A program made the position numbers and the translations under genes. The notes beneath the pieces were generated by a model. It ran no database searches. It worked only from the letters and a program-made list of their open reading frames with translations, and was not told where the DNA came from. Shown here in pieces: positions 13,114 through 26,109 of a stretch of DNA of 64,000 bases (position 1 is the stretch's first letter; every line of letters begins with the position of its first letter). The stretch is taken from NCBI GenBank assembly GCA_002269645.1, contig NIVC01003345.1, positions 39,157 through 103,156 of the forward strand, in the 5' to 3' direction. The stretch comes from Macrostomum lignano (Eukaryota).

Positions 13114-13430
13114 CAGGGTTCGACAAACTTTTTCAACGTAAGGGCCAGATATAAAATCTAGCGCATGACTGCGGGCCAGAGAGAGGAGAGGAGAGAAGAG
13201 AGGAGAGTAGAGATGAGAGGAGAGGGAAGAGAAGGGAGACGTGGGAGAGGGGAGAGAGGGAATGAGGGGAGAAAGGAGAGAATGAAGAGGAGAGTGGAGA
13301 GAGGGAGAGAGGAGGGAAGAGATAGGAGACGGGAGAGGTGGGGAGAGAGGAGAGAGGCGAGATGAGAGATGAGAGGATAGATGAGCGGAGAGAGGAGACC
13401 TGAGAAGAGACAACCCTTGAGTGGGCCAGG
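13114..13430 (+). mobile_element. Possible 5' end of a hAT-Charlie-like non-autonomous element, followed by a purine-rich tract (13185-13410)
   Basis: CAGGGTTCGACAAACTTTTT...AAGGGCCAGAT...TGCGGGCC resembles Charlie-type termini (from recall, not a database search); no matching right TIR or TSD found. Confidence 0.35.
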
Positions 13431-13818
13431 TTGTTATTGTGAAGTTTCATGGACCTAAACAAAGAGCCACTGGAGCTGCGCGAACTCCAAGAAGGTTCAA
13501 TTAAGTCTGCTTGCTGATTCGGAGTCTTCGTTGAAGTCAATCGACGTTCAGTGGCACTACTGTTGCCCGTCAATAAGGACCAACCAAGGCAGTTCGAACA
13601 ACTTTTTTCTTCAAAAATCTCGTAAAAATAAGAGCTACATGCACGAACCACTGCTGGACAGCAAGTAGCTGACAGAATGTTAACTTGGAGTGAAGCATCT
13701 AGGGTAGATAGTATCTGCAGGTGTCCTACTTCATTTGTCCATGAAACAGAGGCACTGTAACGTTTGTCTCTTTATATTGTAAATTTAAGTACACAAGTAC
13801 ACAAGTACACACGTGTAG

Positions 13819-14973
13819 CTAACGCAGTCTCCGTCGCCATAGCAACAGCACAACCCAGACGGCTGCGGCGGCTGCGGCAAAAGCGGCAAAAGCGTCCCAC
13901 AAATCTGAGATCCGTCCGCCTCGCCTTCGACCAGCAACTGCAGAGCTTTGCTCTCGCCGTACCGCCGTATCCGTGGCCGACAACAGTCGTTGAAGATCGG
14001 CATGAAGGCGAACTAAAGCCTGCGTCGGACGTCGCCGCCACGCCGTCGTGGGCCAGGGAGGTCGCAGATTTGTACTTTCTGCATCAACAGAATCATCTTT
14101 ATTTACGTTTGTATCTTCAACTTGTGAATTGAATTGTAGAACATGGCGAATGCAATGACTTGTTTGTCCGTGATGGACTATTGAAGATTTATTGCTATTT
14201 GAGAAATGGTTTTTGCCATTCTCGATGCTTAAATCTTGGACCTCGTTGTTTACACTGCCTGGATTTTCTACCTCACCATCATTTTCATTCTCACCATCCG
14301 ATTCATCGATCTCGCCATTCTCGCCATTCGAACCATCGACCTCGCCATTATCATCTTTGTCATTCTCGCCATCCGAACCATCGACCTCGCCATTATCATC
14401 TCTGCCATTCTCGCCATCCGAACCATCGACCTCGGCATTATCATTTCTGCCATTCTCGCCATCCGAACCATCGACCTCGCCATTATCATCTCTGCCGATG
14501 CCCCCATCTGCCAGTTGCTCCTCATCCGAGCCGATGGGCTCGTCAATCGGATAAGTCGGCACCGGCTTCCTGCCCTCCCAGCTGCATCCATTCACTCCGT
14601 CGTCATCTTCGTCAATTCCATCGGCGACCAACTCCAGAAAACGCGTCAACTCCGGCGACGAAGTGTCCGCTGAGTCCAGGGCCAGCTGGTGCAGCTCAGC
14701 AACGTAGGCTCGCATGGCCGCTAATCGAGGCATTTCGCCCAGAGCGGACCAGGCGGACCATTTGGCCCGGCCGATCGGATCTCCAGGTGGGGGTGCAGCT
14801 ACTCGACACGGGCCGGCTGTGGCCTGTCGGTACAGCGAGTAGAAAGTCAACAGTCCCCGACGGTCGGTCAGCGGCATCGGGTGCGGCTGCATCGGCCCGG
14901 GGCTGTCGCCGTTTTGGCTGCTCAAACAGCCGACTGCGCGCACTGCAGCTTCGAATTGGAGTCGGATTGACAT
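13819..14973 (-). CDS. ACBD5: Acyl-CoA-binding domain protein, ACBD4/5-like, tail-anchored; single coding exon
   Basis: ACB motifs FYSLYRQATAGPC, DPIGRAKWSAWSALGEM, AMRAYVAEL; acidic linker with 15-aa repeats; coiled-coil-like ALVRLHADLQRLL; C-terminal hydrophobic segment followed by WRRRLR. ATG at 14973. Confidence 0.8.
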   Translation of the reverse strand: MSIRLQFEAAVRAVGCLSSQNGDSPGPMQPHPMPLTDRRGLLTFYSLYRQATAGPCRVAAPPPGDPIGRAKWSAWSALGEMPRLAAMRAYVAELHQLALDSADTSSPELTRFLELVADGIDEDDDGVNGCSWEGRKPVPTYPIDEPIGSDEEQLADGGIGRDDNGEVDGSDGENGRNDNAEVDGSDGENGRDDNGEVDGSDGENDKDDNGEVDGSNGENGEIDESDGENENDGEVENPGSVNNEVQDLSIENGKNHFSNSNKSSIVHHGQTSHCIRHVLQFNSQVEDTNVNKDDSVDAESTNLRPPWPTTAWRRRPTQALVRLHADLQRLLSATDTAVRREQSSAVAGRRRGGRISDLWDAFAAFAAAAAAVWVVLLLWRRRLR

Positions 14974-15069
14974 CAAATGCCAGCAGTGCTACTTGTAGTA
15001 GGAGAGAAACGGTCTGATTAGTAGAATATACTTCAAGCCAATTTTTATACAATTTGAACTGTTCAGTAT

Positions 15070-16740
15070 AGAGCACTGAGGGAGAGCGCAGAGGCAGATT
15101 CCCAACCACTGAGGGAGAATGGAGAGGCAGATTCTCAGGCACTGAGGGGGGGGCAGATTCTCAGGCACTGAGGGAGAGCGGAGAGGCAGATTCCCAACCA
15201 CTGAGGGAGAGCGAAGGCAGATTCTCAGGCACTGAGGGAGAGCGGAGAGGCAGATTCTCAGGCACTGAGGGAGAGCGGAGGCAGATTCTCAGGCACTGAG
15301 GGAGAGCGGAGAGGCAGATTCTCAACCACTGAGGGAGAGCGAAGGCAGATTCTCAGGCACTGAGGGAGAGCGGAGAGGCAGATTCTCAGGCACTGAGGGA
15401 GAGCGGAGGCAGATTCTCAGGCACTGAGGGAGAGCGGAGAGGCAGATTCTCAGGCACTGAGGGAGAGCGGAGGCAGATTCTCAGGCACTGAGGGAGAGCG
15501 GAGAGGCAGATTCTCAACCACTGAGGGAGAGCGAAGGCAGATTCTCAGGCACTGAGGGAGAGCGGAGAGGCAGATTCTCAACCACTGAGGGAGAGCGAAG
15601 GCAGATTCTCAGGCACTGAGGGAGAGCGGAGGCAGATTCTCAGGCACTGAGGGAGAGCGGAGAGGCAGATTCTCAGGCACTGAGGGAGAGCGGAGAGGCA
15701 GATTCTCAACCACTGAGGGAGAGCGAAGGCAGATTCTCAGGCACTGAGGGAGAGCGGAGAGGCAGATTCTCAGGCACTGAGGGAGAGCGGAGAGGCAGAT
15801 TCTCAGGCTCTGAGGGAGAGCGGAGAGGCAGATTCTCAGGCACTGAGGGAGAGCGGAGAGGCAGATTCTCAGGCACTGAGGGAGAGCGGAGAGGCAGATT
15901 CCCAACCACTGAGGGAGAGCGAAGGCAGATTCTCAGGCACTGAGGGAGAGCGAAGGCAGATTCTCAGGCACTGAGGGAGAGCGGAGAGGCAGATTCTCAG
16001 GCTCTGAGGGAGAGCGGAGAGGCAGATTCTCAGGCTCTGAGGGAGAGCGGAGAGGCAGATTCTCAGGCACTGAGGGAGAGCGGAGAGGCAGATTCTCAGG
16101 CTCTGAGGGAGAGCGGAGAGGCAGATTCTCAGGCACTGAGGGAGAGCGGAGAGGCAGATTCTCAACCACTGAGGGAGAGCGAAGGCAGATTCTCAGGCAC
16201 TGAGGGAGAGCGGAGGCAGATTCTCAGGCACTGAGGGAGAGCGGAGAGGCAGATTCTCAGGCACTGAGGGAGAGCGGAGAGGCAGATTCTCAACCACTGA
16301 GGGAGAGCGAAGGCAGATTCCCAGGCACTGAGGGAGAGCGGAGAGGCAGATTCTCAGGCACTGAGGGAGAGCGGAGAGGCAGATTCTCAGGCTCTGAGGG
16401 AGAGCGGAGAGGCAGATTCTCAGGCACTGAGGGAGAGCGGAGAGGCAGATTCTCAGGCACTGAGGGAGAGCGGAGAGGCAGATTCCCAACCACTGAGGGA
16501 GAGCGAAGGCAGATTCTCAGGCACTGAGGGAGAGCGAAGGCAGATTCTCAGGCACTGAGGGAGAGCGGAGAGGCAGATTCTCAGGCACTGAGGGAGAGCG
16601 GAGAGGCAGATTCTCAGGCTCTGAGGGAGAGCGGAGAGGCAGATTCTCAGGCACTGAGGGAGAGCGGAGAGGCAGATTCTCAGGCTCTGAGGGAGAGCGG
16701 AGAGGCAGATTCTCAGGCACTGAGGGAGAGCGGAGAGGCA
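15070..16740. repeat. 31-33-bp GA-rich minisatellite (ACTGAGGGAGAGCGGAGAGGCAGATTCTCAGGC)n with variant units and a 584-bp higher-order repeat
   Basis: Visible; ORF-track entries 15609-15905 and 16193-16489 are identical. Confidence 0.95.
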
Positions 16741-17114
16741 GACTAACTAAAACTTGTTAGGTAATGACAAATGAAGGACACAAACAAATACTAAGTATTT
16801 AACGGAAGAACAGAGAATCGAAAAAATGGTAAAAAAGCATTTTTATTTTGCACAGAGCGGGAAGTGGTGAAGGCGGTTAAAAATGCTAAGCACGCTAAAG
16901 TTGGTAGTAATAAAAGCGAGTTAACAATCCTTTAGCACTTTATGAGCAGTTACGTTTCCAAAAAAGGTAAAAAATATTGACTTTAAAAACCTTCGTGAAT
17001 AAGATTGCACGTACAAAAGCTTTGATAATTAGTCATGGACAACTGGAATAGAAGGACACTACACTCGAATTTCATCCAAATCAGCTGAAGGTTGGTGAGG
17101 AACGGAGGGAGCCA

Positions 17115-17745
<631 letters not shown>

Positions 17746-17779
17746 TGAAAACAAAGGAAAAATCCACGCACACAGTTCG

Positions 17780-17845
17780 ACTAGGTTTCTTGGAACTGAT
17801 ATTTCGGCCTAGGCTAGGCGGCCTTCGTCAGGGTTTTAACTATTT
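17780..17845 (-). ncRNA. Minimal type I hammerhead-ribozyme-like motif (Penelope-type), possibly degenerate
   Basis: Minus strand reads AAAACC-CUGACGA-A-GGCC-GCCUAGCCUA-GGCC-GAAA-UAUC|AGUU: core boxes, 4-bp stem II, palindromic AUAU stem III, AUC triplet (cleavage between 17798 and 17797); stem I has an A-C mismatch at its first pair. Confidence 0.6.
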
Positions 17846-17889
17846 ATTAACAACGAAAGATGCAAAAAAAGCTATTTAAAAAAATTCAA

Positions 17890-17897
17890 AGACAGCC

Positions 17898-17950
<53 letters not shown>

Positions 17951-17953
17951 GTC

Positions 17954-18002
<49 letters not shown>

Positions 18003-18005
18003 GTC

Positions 18006-18050
<45 letters not shown>

Positions 18051-18151
18051 CAAACATACATACAGACAGACAGACAGACACAAACATACATACAGACAGA
18101 CAGACAGACACAAACATACATACAGACAGACAGACAGACACAAACATACAT

Positions 18152-18186
<35 letters not shown>

Positions 18187-18197
18187 AACAGACAGAC

Positions 18198-18242
<45 letters not shown>

Positions 18243-18321
18243 CACAGACACAAACATACATACAGACAGACAGACAGACACAAACATACATACAGACAGA
18301 CAGACAGACACAAACATACAT

Positions 18322-18358
<37 letters not shown>

Positions 18359-18359
18359 T

Positions 18360-18418
<59 letters not shown>

Positions 18419-18453
18419 TAGACAGACAGACAGACAGACAGACACAGACAGGC

Positions 18454-18502
<49 letters not shown>

Positions 18503-18521
18503 GTCAGACAGACAGACAGTC

Positions 18522-18614
<93 letters not shown>

Positions 18615-18615
18615 C
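17890..18615. repeat. (GACA)n microsatellite with CAAACATACATA variants
   Basis: Visible. Confidence 0.97.
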
Positions 18616-18674
18616 AGAATGAGCAGAACAAGCAGTGAAGCAGTCAGCTGCACGCCAGCTAGCGGCCGCACTCG

Positions 18675-21600
18675 CTACTGAGGCTGACCATAATTGCTGC
18701 TGTTGGAACTCTGCAGCGCAGGATGAAACAATGAAATCGACTGCCGCTGCTGACCACAACTAACAACATCACTATTAGCAGTAGTAGCCGCAGAACTTCG
18801 TTGGCATAATACGATTGAGCTGACATTCGATCCTGAGTGTGACCTGGAATTCGGGAGACAAGCGGGCGGTGGCGGCGGCAGCCGAGGCAGCGCCAGAGAG
18901 GCGGAAGGCAACAGCAGCTGGCCATCCTGGCTGGGCGCTGCATTAACAATAAGAAATCCAGACGCTATGGACAGAGCCGGTAGACAGGAACTGCCGGCAC
19001 TTTGCTCACGACTCCGATGATTCGGTAATTGAAGGAACTCGCAAACGGCGGGACTGCTGCTACAGTGGATAAAGGCGGCTAGCAGCGAGGGAACTGACCG
19101 ATGCTGCCGAATACGAAAGCGGCACTGCAGCAGCGATGGCTCGCAGCAGAGCAGAGAGTGCCTGGCGCACTCAGTCGGAGTAGGGAACGACTTGCGGCAG
19201 AGCAGGCAGGCCACCGGATCGGCAGCTTCACCGGGTCTGTTGCTATGCAACCTGGCTGGCAAGCGCATTGGCAACACAATAACTGCGGCACTGTCCGGTA
19301 CAATGTCCGTAGCTGCTGGACACCGGCAGGGCTGACGCTGCCCAGCTGGCATCAGGGCGTCGCTGGCCGGAACCAAGCTAGCGCAGACGCCGCAGGCCAG
19401 GAACAGAGCACAGGATAGCAGATTGCCCTCGCCAATATTGAACCCGCCTGAGCAGCACAGATCGCCGCGGCCTCCGGCCAACTGATTAAACGGTCGTTCG
19501 TAGATTTTCCTGACTGACAGCAACGGCGAACTGATGGACAGCTCGGAGTCTAATGGCGGCGAGATCAATGGGAATCGGTCCGCTAAGCAGAGCCTGTGCA
19601 GCCAGCAGAGGGACTCGGTGTTCACAACTTGCAGTACGGGTTTTGAGAAGTTGGTCTGACTGCGATCATGGCTAATGAAATAGCACAGGTCAAAGCTGGA
19701 GGAGGGAACCAGCGGGTGGCACTGGTCGCGACCTGCGCAGTGCAGCAGTAGGAAGTCGATTACGCGCGAGGCCGGCGCCGCAGGCGGCAGCGAGACCGAC
19801 AGCTTGCACCTGGACAGGACGGCCGTTGGGGCTGGCGTTAATAAACAGACAACAGCAAAAATCCCCAATCAGACCAAAGAAAAATCATCGCCCCGCCACA
19901 TCAGACCCGAGAAAAATCATCGCCCCCCCCACATCAGACCCGAGAAAAATTATCGCCCCCCCCCCACATCAGACCCGAGAAAAATTATCGCCCCCCCCAC
20001 ATCAGACCCGAGAAAAATTATCGCCCCCCCCCACATCAGATCCTAGAAAAATCGCCCCCGTACATCAGACCCTAGAAAAATCGCCCCCGTACATCAGATC
20101 CTAGAAAAATCGCCCCCGTACATCAGACCCTGGAAAAATCGCCCCGGTACAACAGACCCGAGAAAAATCGCCCCCCCACATCAGACCCGAGAAAAATCGC
20201 CACCTCCAAATCAGACCCGAGAAAAATCGCCCCCCCCCCCACATCAGACCCGAGAAAAATCGCCCCCTCCAAATCAGACCCGAGAAAAATCGCCCCTCCC
20301 CACATCAGACCCGAGAAAAATCGCCCCCCCCCCACATCAGACCCGAGAAAAATCGCCCCCCCCCACATCAGACCCGAGAAAAATCGCCCCCCCATATCAG
20401 ACCGAAGAAAAATCGCCCAGACTCGCCCACCACTCTAATTTCCATACTACCTGACGCATTGCAGGCCGATCCAGACCATATTGGTGACATTGGGCACGGG
20501 CAGACAGTAGTGTCCAGGCCGATCCAAGCCGCAATGCCTGGCTGCTGATTCAGCCCCGTTTGCATGCACGCCGTCTCTGAAGCTGCAGTGCAGGCAGGCG
20601 AAGCTCACCCCATTGTTGCCCGAGTAATTGGCCGGTATCTGGCAGTGAAGCAGTCGCTGGGTAAATGCACAAATTCGGTTTTTGTCGGCGTTAGCAGCTT
20701 CCAACATGGCCACGCCTTCGTCGTCCATCTGGGTGTTGGCCTGCAACTGCAGCAGCAGGGAGTGGGGATTTAAATATACATGTAGTTGTTATGCATGTGG
20801 CTGAGGGATATTGGGGATTAGTAGCTATGGGATATTAGGGATTAGTAGCTATGGGATATGGGGGATTAGTAGCTATGGGATATTAGGGATTAGTAGCTAT
20901 GGGATTTTTGGGATAAATACCTATGGTATATTGGGGATTAATAGCTATGGGGTATTTGGATTAGTAGCTATGGGGTATTTGGATTAGTAGCTATGGGATA
21001 TTGATGATTAGTAGCTATGGGATATGGGGGGAGTAGTACTATGGGATATTGGGGATTAGTAGCTATGGGATATGGGGGGATTAGTAGCTATGGGATATTA
21101 GGGATTAGTAGCTATGGGATTTTTGGGATAAATACCTATGGTATATTGGGGATTAGTAGCTATGGGGTATTTGGATTAGTAGCTATGGGGTATTTGGATT
21201 AGTAGCTATGGGATATTAGGGATAAATACCTATGGTATATTGGGGATTAGTAGCTATGGGATATTGATGATTAGTAGCCATGGGATATTGGGGATTATTA
21301 GCTATGGGATATTTGGGATTAGTAGCTATGGGATATTTGGGATTAGTAGCTATGGGATATTTGGGATTAATACTTATGGTATATTAGGGATTAGTAGCTA
21401 TGGGGTATTTGGATTAGTAGCTATGGGGTATTTGGATTAGTAGCTATGGGATATTAGGGATAAATACCTATGGTATATTGGGGATTAGTAGCTATGGGAT
21501 ATTGATGATTAGTAGCCATGGGATATTGGGGATTATTAGCTATGTGATATTTGGGATTAGTAGCTATGGGATATTGAGGATTTGCAGAGTCCCATAAGAT

Positions 21601-24600
21601 ATTGGGGATTCGCAGCTAGAAAAATGGGGATTTAAATAACTGTGAATCAAAACGGCAACTTACACCAATGCAGCCTAGATCGTCAGCGGACGAATCGCAA
21701 TCCATGGGCATGGTTGTCTCGGATTTCATTGACGTGTTAAGAACTAAATCTTCGCGAGATTCGGTTTCGGCAACTTCCGCCTCCGCATCCGGTTGGATAT
21801 TGTCAGTCTCATCCGCATTGTTATTAAGCTCGGTCTCTAAGACGGAAAAACCATCCACGTCGATACAGATGGTGTCGCAAGTGGCCTCTAATCTAGCCTT
21901 ATCGTCGACTTCATACTCGTTCACAGCTTCGCAATTATTATTCCTGTCATTATTGTCATCATTATCAATATCCTGTTGCGGTATCGATCTAGGAAAGGGC
22001 AAGTAACGGACCGTCACAGTGCTCGCCGCACCCTCTCTTCTAGGTCCATAGGCCTGAGGAAAGGTGGGCATGGGCAAGATATTTAGAGATCTGAGAGATA
22101 ATAAAATGGATTGCTAATCTTAGCTTATGATGGATTGCTAATCTAGCTTATGATGGATTGCTAATCTTAGCTTATGATGGTTTGCTAATCTAGCTTATGA
22201 TGGATTGCTAATCTAGCTTATTATGGATTGCTAATCTAGCTTATTATGGATTGCTAATCTAGCTTATTATGGATTGCTAATCTAGCTTATGATGGATTGC
22301 TAATCTAGCTTATTATGGATTGCTAATCTAGCTTATTATGGATTGCTAATCTAGCTTATTATGGATTGCTAATCTAGCTTATGATGGATTGCTAATCTAG
22401 CTTATGATGGATTGCTAATCTAGCTTATGATGGATTGCTAATCTTAGCTTATGATGGATTGCTAATCTAGCTTATGATGGATTGCTAATCTAGCTTATGA
22501 TGGTTTGCTAATCTAGCTTATGATGGATTGCTAATCTTAGCTTATTATGGATTGCTAATCTAGCTTATGATGGATTGCTAATCTAGCTTATGATGGATTG
22601 CTAATCTAGCTTATGATGGATTGCTAATCTAGCTTATGATGGATTGCTAATCTAGCTTATGATGGATTGCTAATCTTAGCTTATGATGGTTTGCTAATCT
22701 AGCTTATTATGGATTGCTAATCTAGCTTATGATGGATTGCTAATCTAGCTTATGATGGATTGCTAATCTAGCTTAATCTAGTCATTTTCGACAGTCATCT
22801 GTGAAAATATTTCATTATTGCAACATCGATTCCAAATACTCTAAGTACATACAAGTACATACAATTACATACAAGTACAGTTCAGGCTCTTATTACCTCA
22901 GTTAGACAATCTTCAAACTTAATTCTGCTAAGCGCCGCGAACTGTTCCTGAGCCTCCATGAACGTGAAGGCAAGCTTGTCCATGGTGGCCTTCAATCCTA
23001 AACAGGGAAACTCCGCCGCGACCATATTCTGAACAAAGGTACGGCCCAACTCTCTGTAACAAGTTTCCTCATCGTCACTGTTTGTTGGTGTACTAGCGCC
23101 ACTATCTTCAGAGTGCTCTGATGCTGATTTGGTCAATTTGGAGATAATGTCGGAGAGTTTCAGCAGAGCACTAGGCTCCTCGGTTGCTGGCGAGGCAAGA
23201 CAGGTCACAATGGAAGAAGAATCATCAACGTCGTGATTGATCTCAATAGAGTTTATCTCAGCCACAGGCAAACTGGATTCACTTGAACCTAAGATTTTTT
23301 GTTTCAATCTTGCAAACAGAGGCAGACTAGAATAGGCGACGGATTTGTCATTGGACAAATTCGGTAAGCAAGGCTTGGTTGACATTGCCTGGCCCTGGCT
23401 GATATGCTCCTCATGTTCTTCGTGCGCATTCTGCTCCTCATGTTCTTCGTGCGCATTCTGCTCCTGGTGTTCTTCGTGCGCATTCTGCTCCTGGTGTTCT
23501 TCGTCTGAGTTCTGCTCCTGGTGTTCTTCGTGCGCATTCTGCTCCTGGTGTTCTTCGTCTGAGTTCTGCTCCTGGTATTCTTCGTCTGCATTCTGCTCCT
23601 GGTGTTCTTCGTGCGCATTCTGCTCCTGGTGTTCTTCGTGCGCATTCTGCTCCTGGTGTTCTTCGTGCGCATTCTGCTCCTGGTGTTCTTCGTGCGCATA
23701 CTGCTCCTCATGTTCTTCGTCCGCATTCTGCTCCTGGTGTTCTTCTTCCGCATTCTGCTCCTGGTGTTCTTCGTCTGCATTCTGCTCCTGATGTTCTTCG
23801 TCTGCATTCTGCTCCTGGTGTTCTTCGTCTGCATTCTGCTCCTGATGTTCTTCGTCCGCATTCTGCTCCTGGTGTTCTTCGTCCGCGTTCTGCTCCTGGT
23901 GTTCTTCGTCTGCATACTGCTCCTCATGTTCTTCGTCCGCATTCTGCTCCTGGTGGTCTTCTTCCGCATTCTGCTCCTGGTGTTCTTCGTCCGCATTCTG
24001 ATCCTGGTGTTCTTCTTCCGCATTCTGCTCCTGGTGGTCTTCGTCTGCATTCTGCTCCTGTTGTTCTTCGTCTGCATTCTGCTCCTGATGTTCTTCGTCC
24101 GCATTCTGCTCCTGGTGTTCTTCGTCCGCATTCTTCTCCTGGTGTTCTTCGTCTGCATTCTGCTCCTGGTGTTCTTCGTGCGCATTCTGCTCCTGATGTT
24201 TTTCGTCTGCATTCTGCTCCTGATGTTCTTCGTCTGCATTCTGCTCCTGATGTTCTTCGTCTGCATTCTGCTCCTGATGCTCTTCGTGCACATTCTGCAC
24301 CTTGTGTTCTTCGTGCGCAATCTGCTCCTGACGTTCTTCGTCCGCATTCTGCTCCTGGTGTTCTTCGTCTGCATTCTGCTCCTGGTGTTCTTCGTCTGCA
24401 TTCTGCTCCTCATGTTCTTCGTCCGCATTCTGCTCCTGGTGTTCTTCTTCCGCATTCTGCTCCCGGTGTTCTTCGTCTGCATTCTGCTCCTGGTGTTCTT
24501 CGTCTGCATTCTGCTCCTGGTGTTCTTCGTCTGCATTCTGCTCCTGATGTTCTTCGTCCGCATTCTGCTCCTGGTGTTCTTCGTCCGCGTTCTGCTCCTG

Positions 24601-25828
24601 GTGTTCTTCGTCTGCATACTGCTCCTCATGTTCTTCGTCCGCATTCTGCTCCTGGTGGTCTTCTTCCGCATTCTGCTCCTGGTGTTCTTCGTCCGCATTC
24701 TGCTCCTGGTGTTCTTCTTCCGCATTCTGCTCCTGGTGTTCTTCGTCTGCATTCTGCTCCTGTTGTTCTTCGTCTGCATTCTGCTCCTGATGTTCTTCGT
24801 CCGCATTCTGCTCCTGGTGTTCTTCGTCCGCATTCTGCTCCTGGTGTTCTTCTTCCGCATTCTGCTCCTGGTGTTCTTCGTCTGCATTCTGCTCCTGATG
24901 TTCTTCGTCTGCATTCTGCTCCTGATGTTCTTCGTCTGCATTCTGCTCCTGATGCTCTTCGTGCACATTCTGCACCTTGTGTTCTTCGTGCGCAATCTGC
25001 TCCTGACGTTCTTCGTCACAATTCTGCTCGTGACGTTCCTCATCTAAATGCTGCTCTTGGGGTGCATTCTGCTCCTGATGTTGTTCATTACAATTTTGCA
25101 CCGAATTCCGATTATGTTCCTCATCCGAATGCTGTATCAGCTGCGCATCATCTGAATTTAGCATCATAAAATCGCTACTGGAGCTCCGTCGATCATCTGC
25201 CCGATTTTGATAGCTGACACTATCACTTTGCTGCTGTGCAGGCTTGTCCTGAGGCAAATTCGGTAACAATTCAACAAAATTAAACTGTGCTTTAAAAGGG
25301 GCGAGAGTCTTCTGCTGTCTGTTTTTGCGTCGCTTCGACAGAGGCTTCCTGTAAATAATTTGAGGTGGAATATCGTTATATCAAATTGTATTCTTTACAT
25401 ATCAATGAGAAATTTTTATAGAAATCTAGAAATACATGTAGATCACTCATGTGCTGAATCACTGGTCTACGAGCTATATGACTGAACAAAGAAAACAATT
25501 GAATTTTTACTAACTCGATGCTTGACGCCTCCAGAACCTGACGTTTCAATGGCGTCAAAGCCGTCAGAGCAGCTGCTGGTTCAGCAGCCGGTCGCTTCCT
25601 GGCCGCCTGATGACCATCGCAACTTGGAGGAGTTCCACTGTCGAGTATTTTCAGCTTCACACAGGACGTGTAAATGTAGACAAATCCCGGCCTCTCTCTG
25701 GCCGGCGGGCGCGACAGTATTCGCCAATTGATCGATTGTTTCAAAGCATTTGTAATGGCAAGTTTGGCCAAATATTTCGACGCGCGATTGCATCGCTGCG
25801 TCCTGGAGCTGACTGAGACGTTTTCCAT
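18675..25828 (-). CDS. Uncharacterised ~1500-aa protein: NLS-like segment, 9-aa acidic repeat, C-terminal Cys-rich zinc-finger-like motifs
   Basis: Proposed phase-compatible exons 25828-25515, 25348-22897, 22053-21664 (donor GTAAGT), 20740-20451, 19809-18675; [13 protein letters not shown]; CxxC motifs CLHC, CVRC (formed across a splice junction), [12 protein letters not shown]...H...C. Exon 1 is the least certain. Confidence 0.55.
19870..20420. repeat. ~29-31-bp intronic minisatellite (CACATCAGACCCGAGAAAAATCGCCCCCC)
   Basis: Visible; fills intron 20450-19810. Confidence 0.92.
20805..21590. repeat. 22-23-bp intronic minisatellite (GGGATTAGTAGCTATGGGATATT)
   Basis: Visible; fills intron 21663-20741. 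Confidence 0.93.
22105..22775. repeat. 23-bp intronic minisatellite (ATGGATTGCTAATCTAGCTTATG)
   Basis: Visible; fills intron 22896-22054. Confidence 0.95.
23400..25050 (-). repeat. Coding 27-bp tandem repeat (EEHQEQNAD), about 60 units, with a 675-bp internal duplication
   Basis: The repeat is in frame with unique protein-like sequence on both sides; the block [17 protein letters not shown] occurs twice (~24310 and ~24985). Confidence 0.85.
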
Positions 25829-26109
25829 CCACTTTTATTCTATTTTTGTTATAAAATTACGAAGCTAAAGTAGTTTTATTGGCGATTTTATATGCTGGCA
25901 GTAGGCACGCTAAAAGCGGCACAATCTGTGAGTAAGCATATCTTCAGATCTGGACAGTGTGATACAAACTTGCTGAAATTTTTAGATTGAAAGTTAAATA
26001 GCTGTTAGAAACCTCTTTTTTTAAGCCTCAGAATCGCAGTGCTATTTTGCATTCTGGACCTAAACTCAACATGCCATTGCGTCAAATTGAAGCCAAAACT
26101 ATAATAGGT

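Noticed and set aside
23304-25047. Alternative-frame ORFs (RTKNTRSRM; VFFVRILLL) over the 27-bp coding repeat
   Set aside because: Only the acidic frame continues into unique sequence and compatible splice sites.
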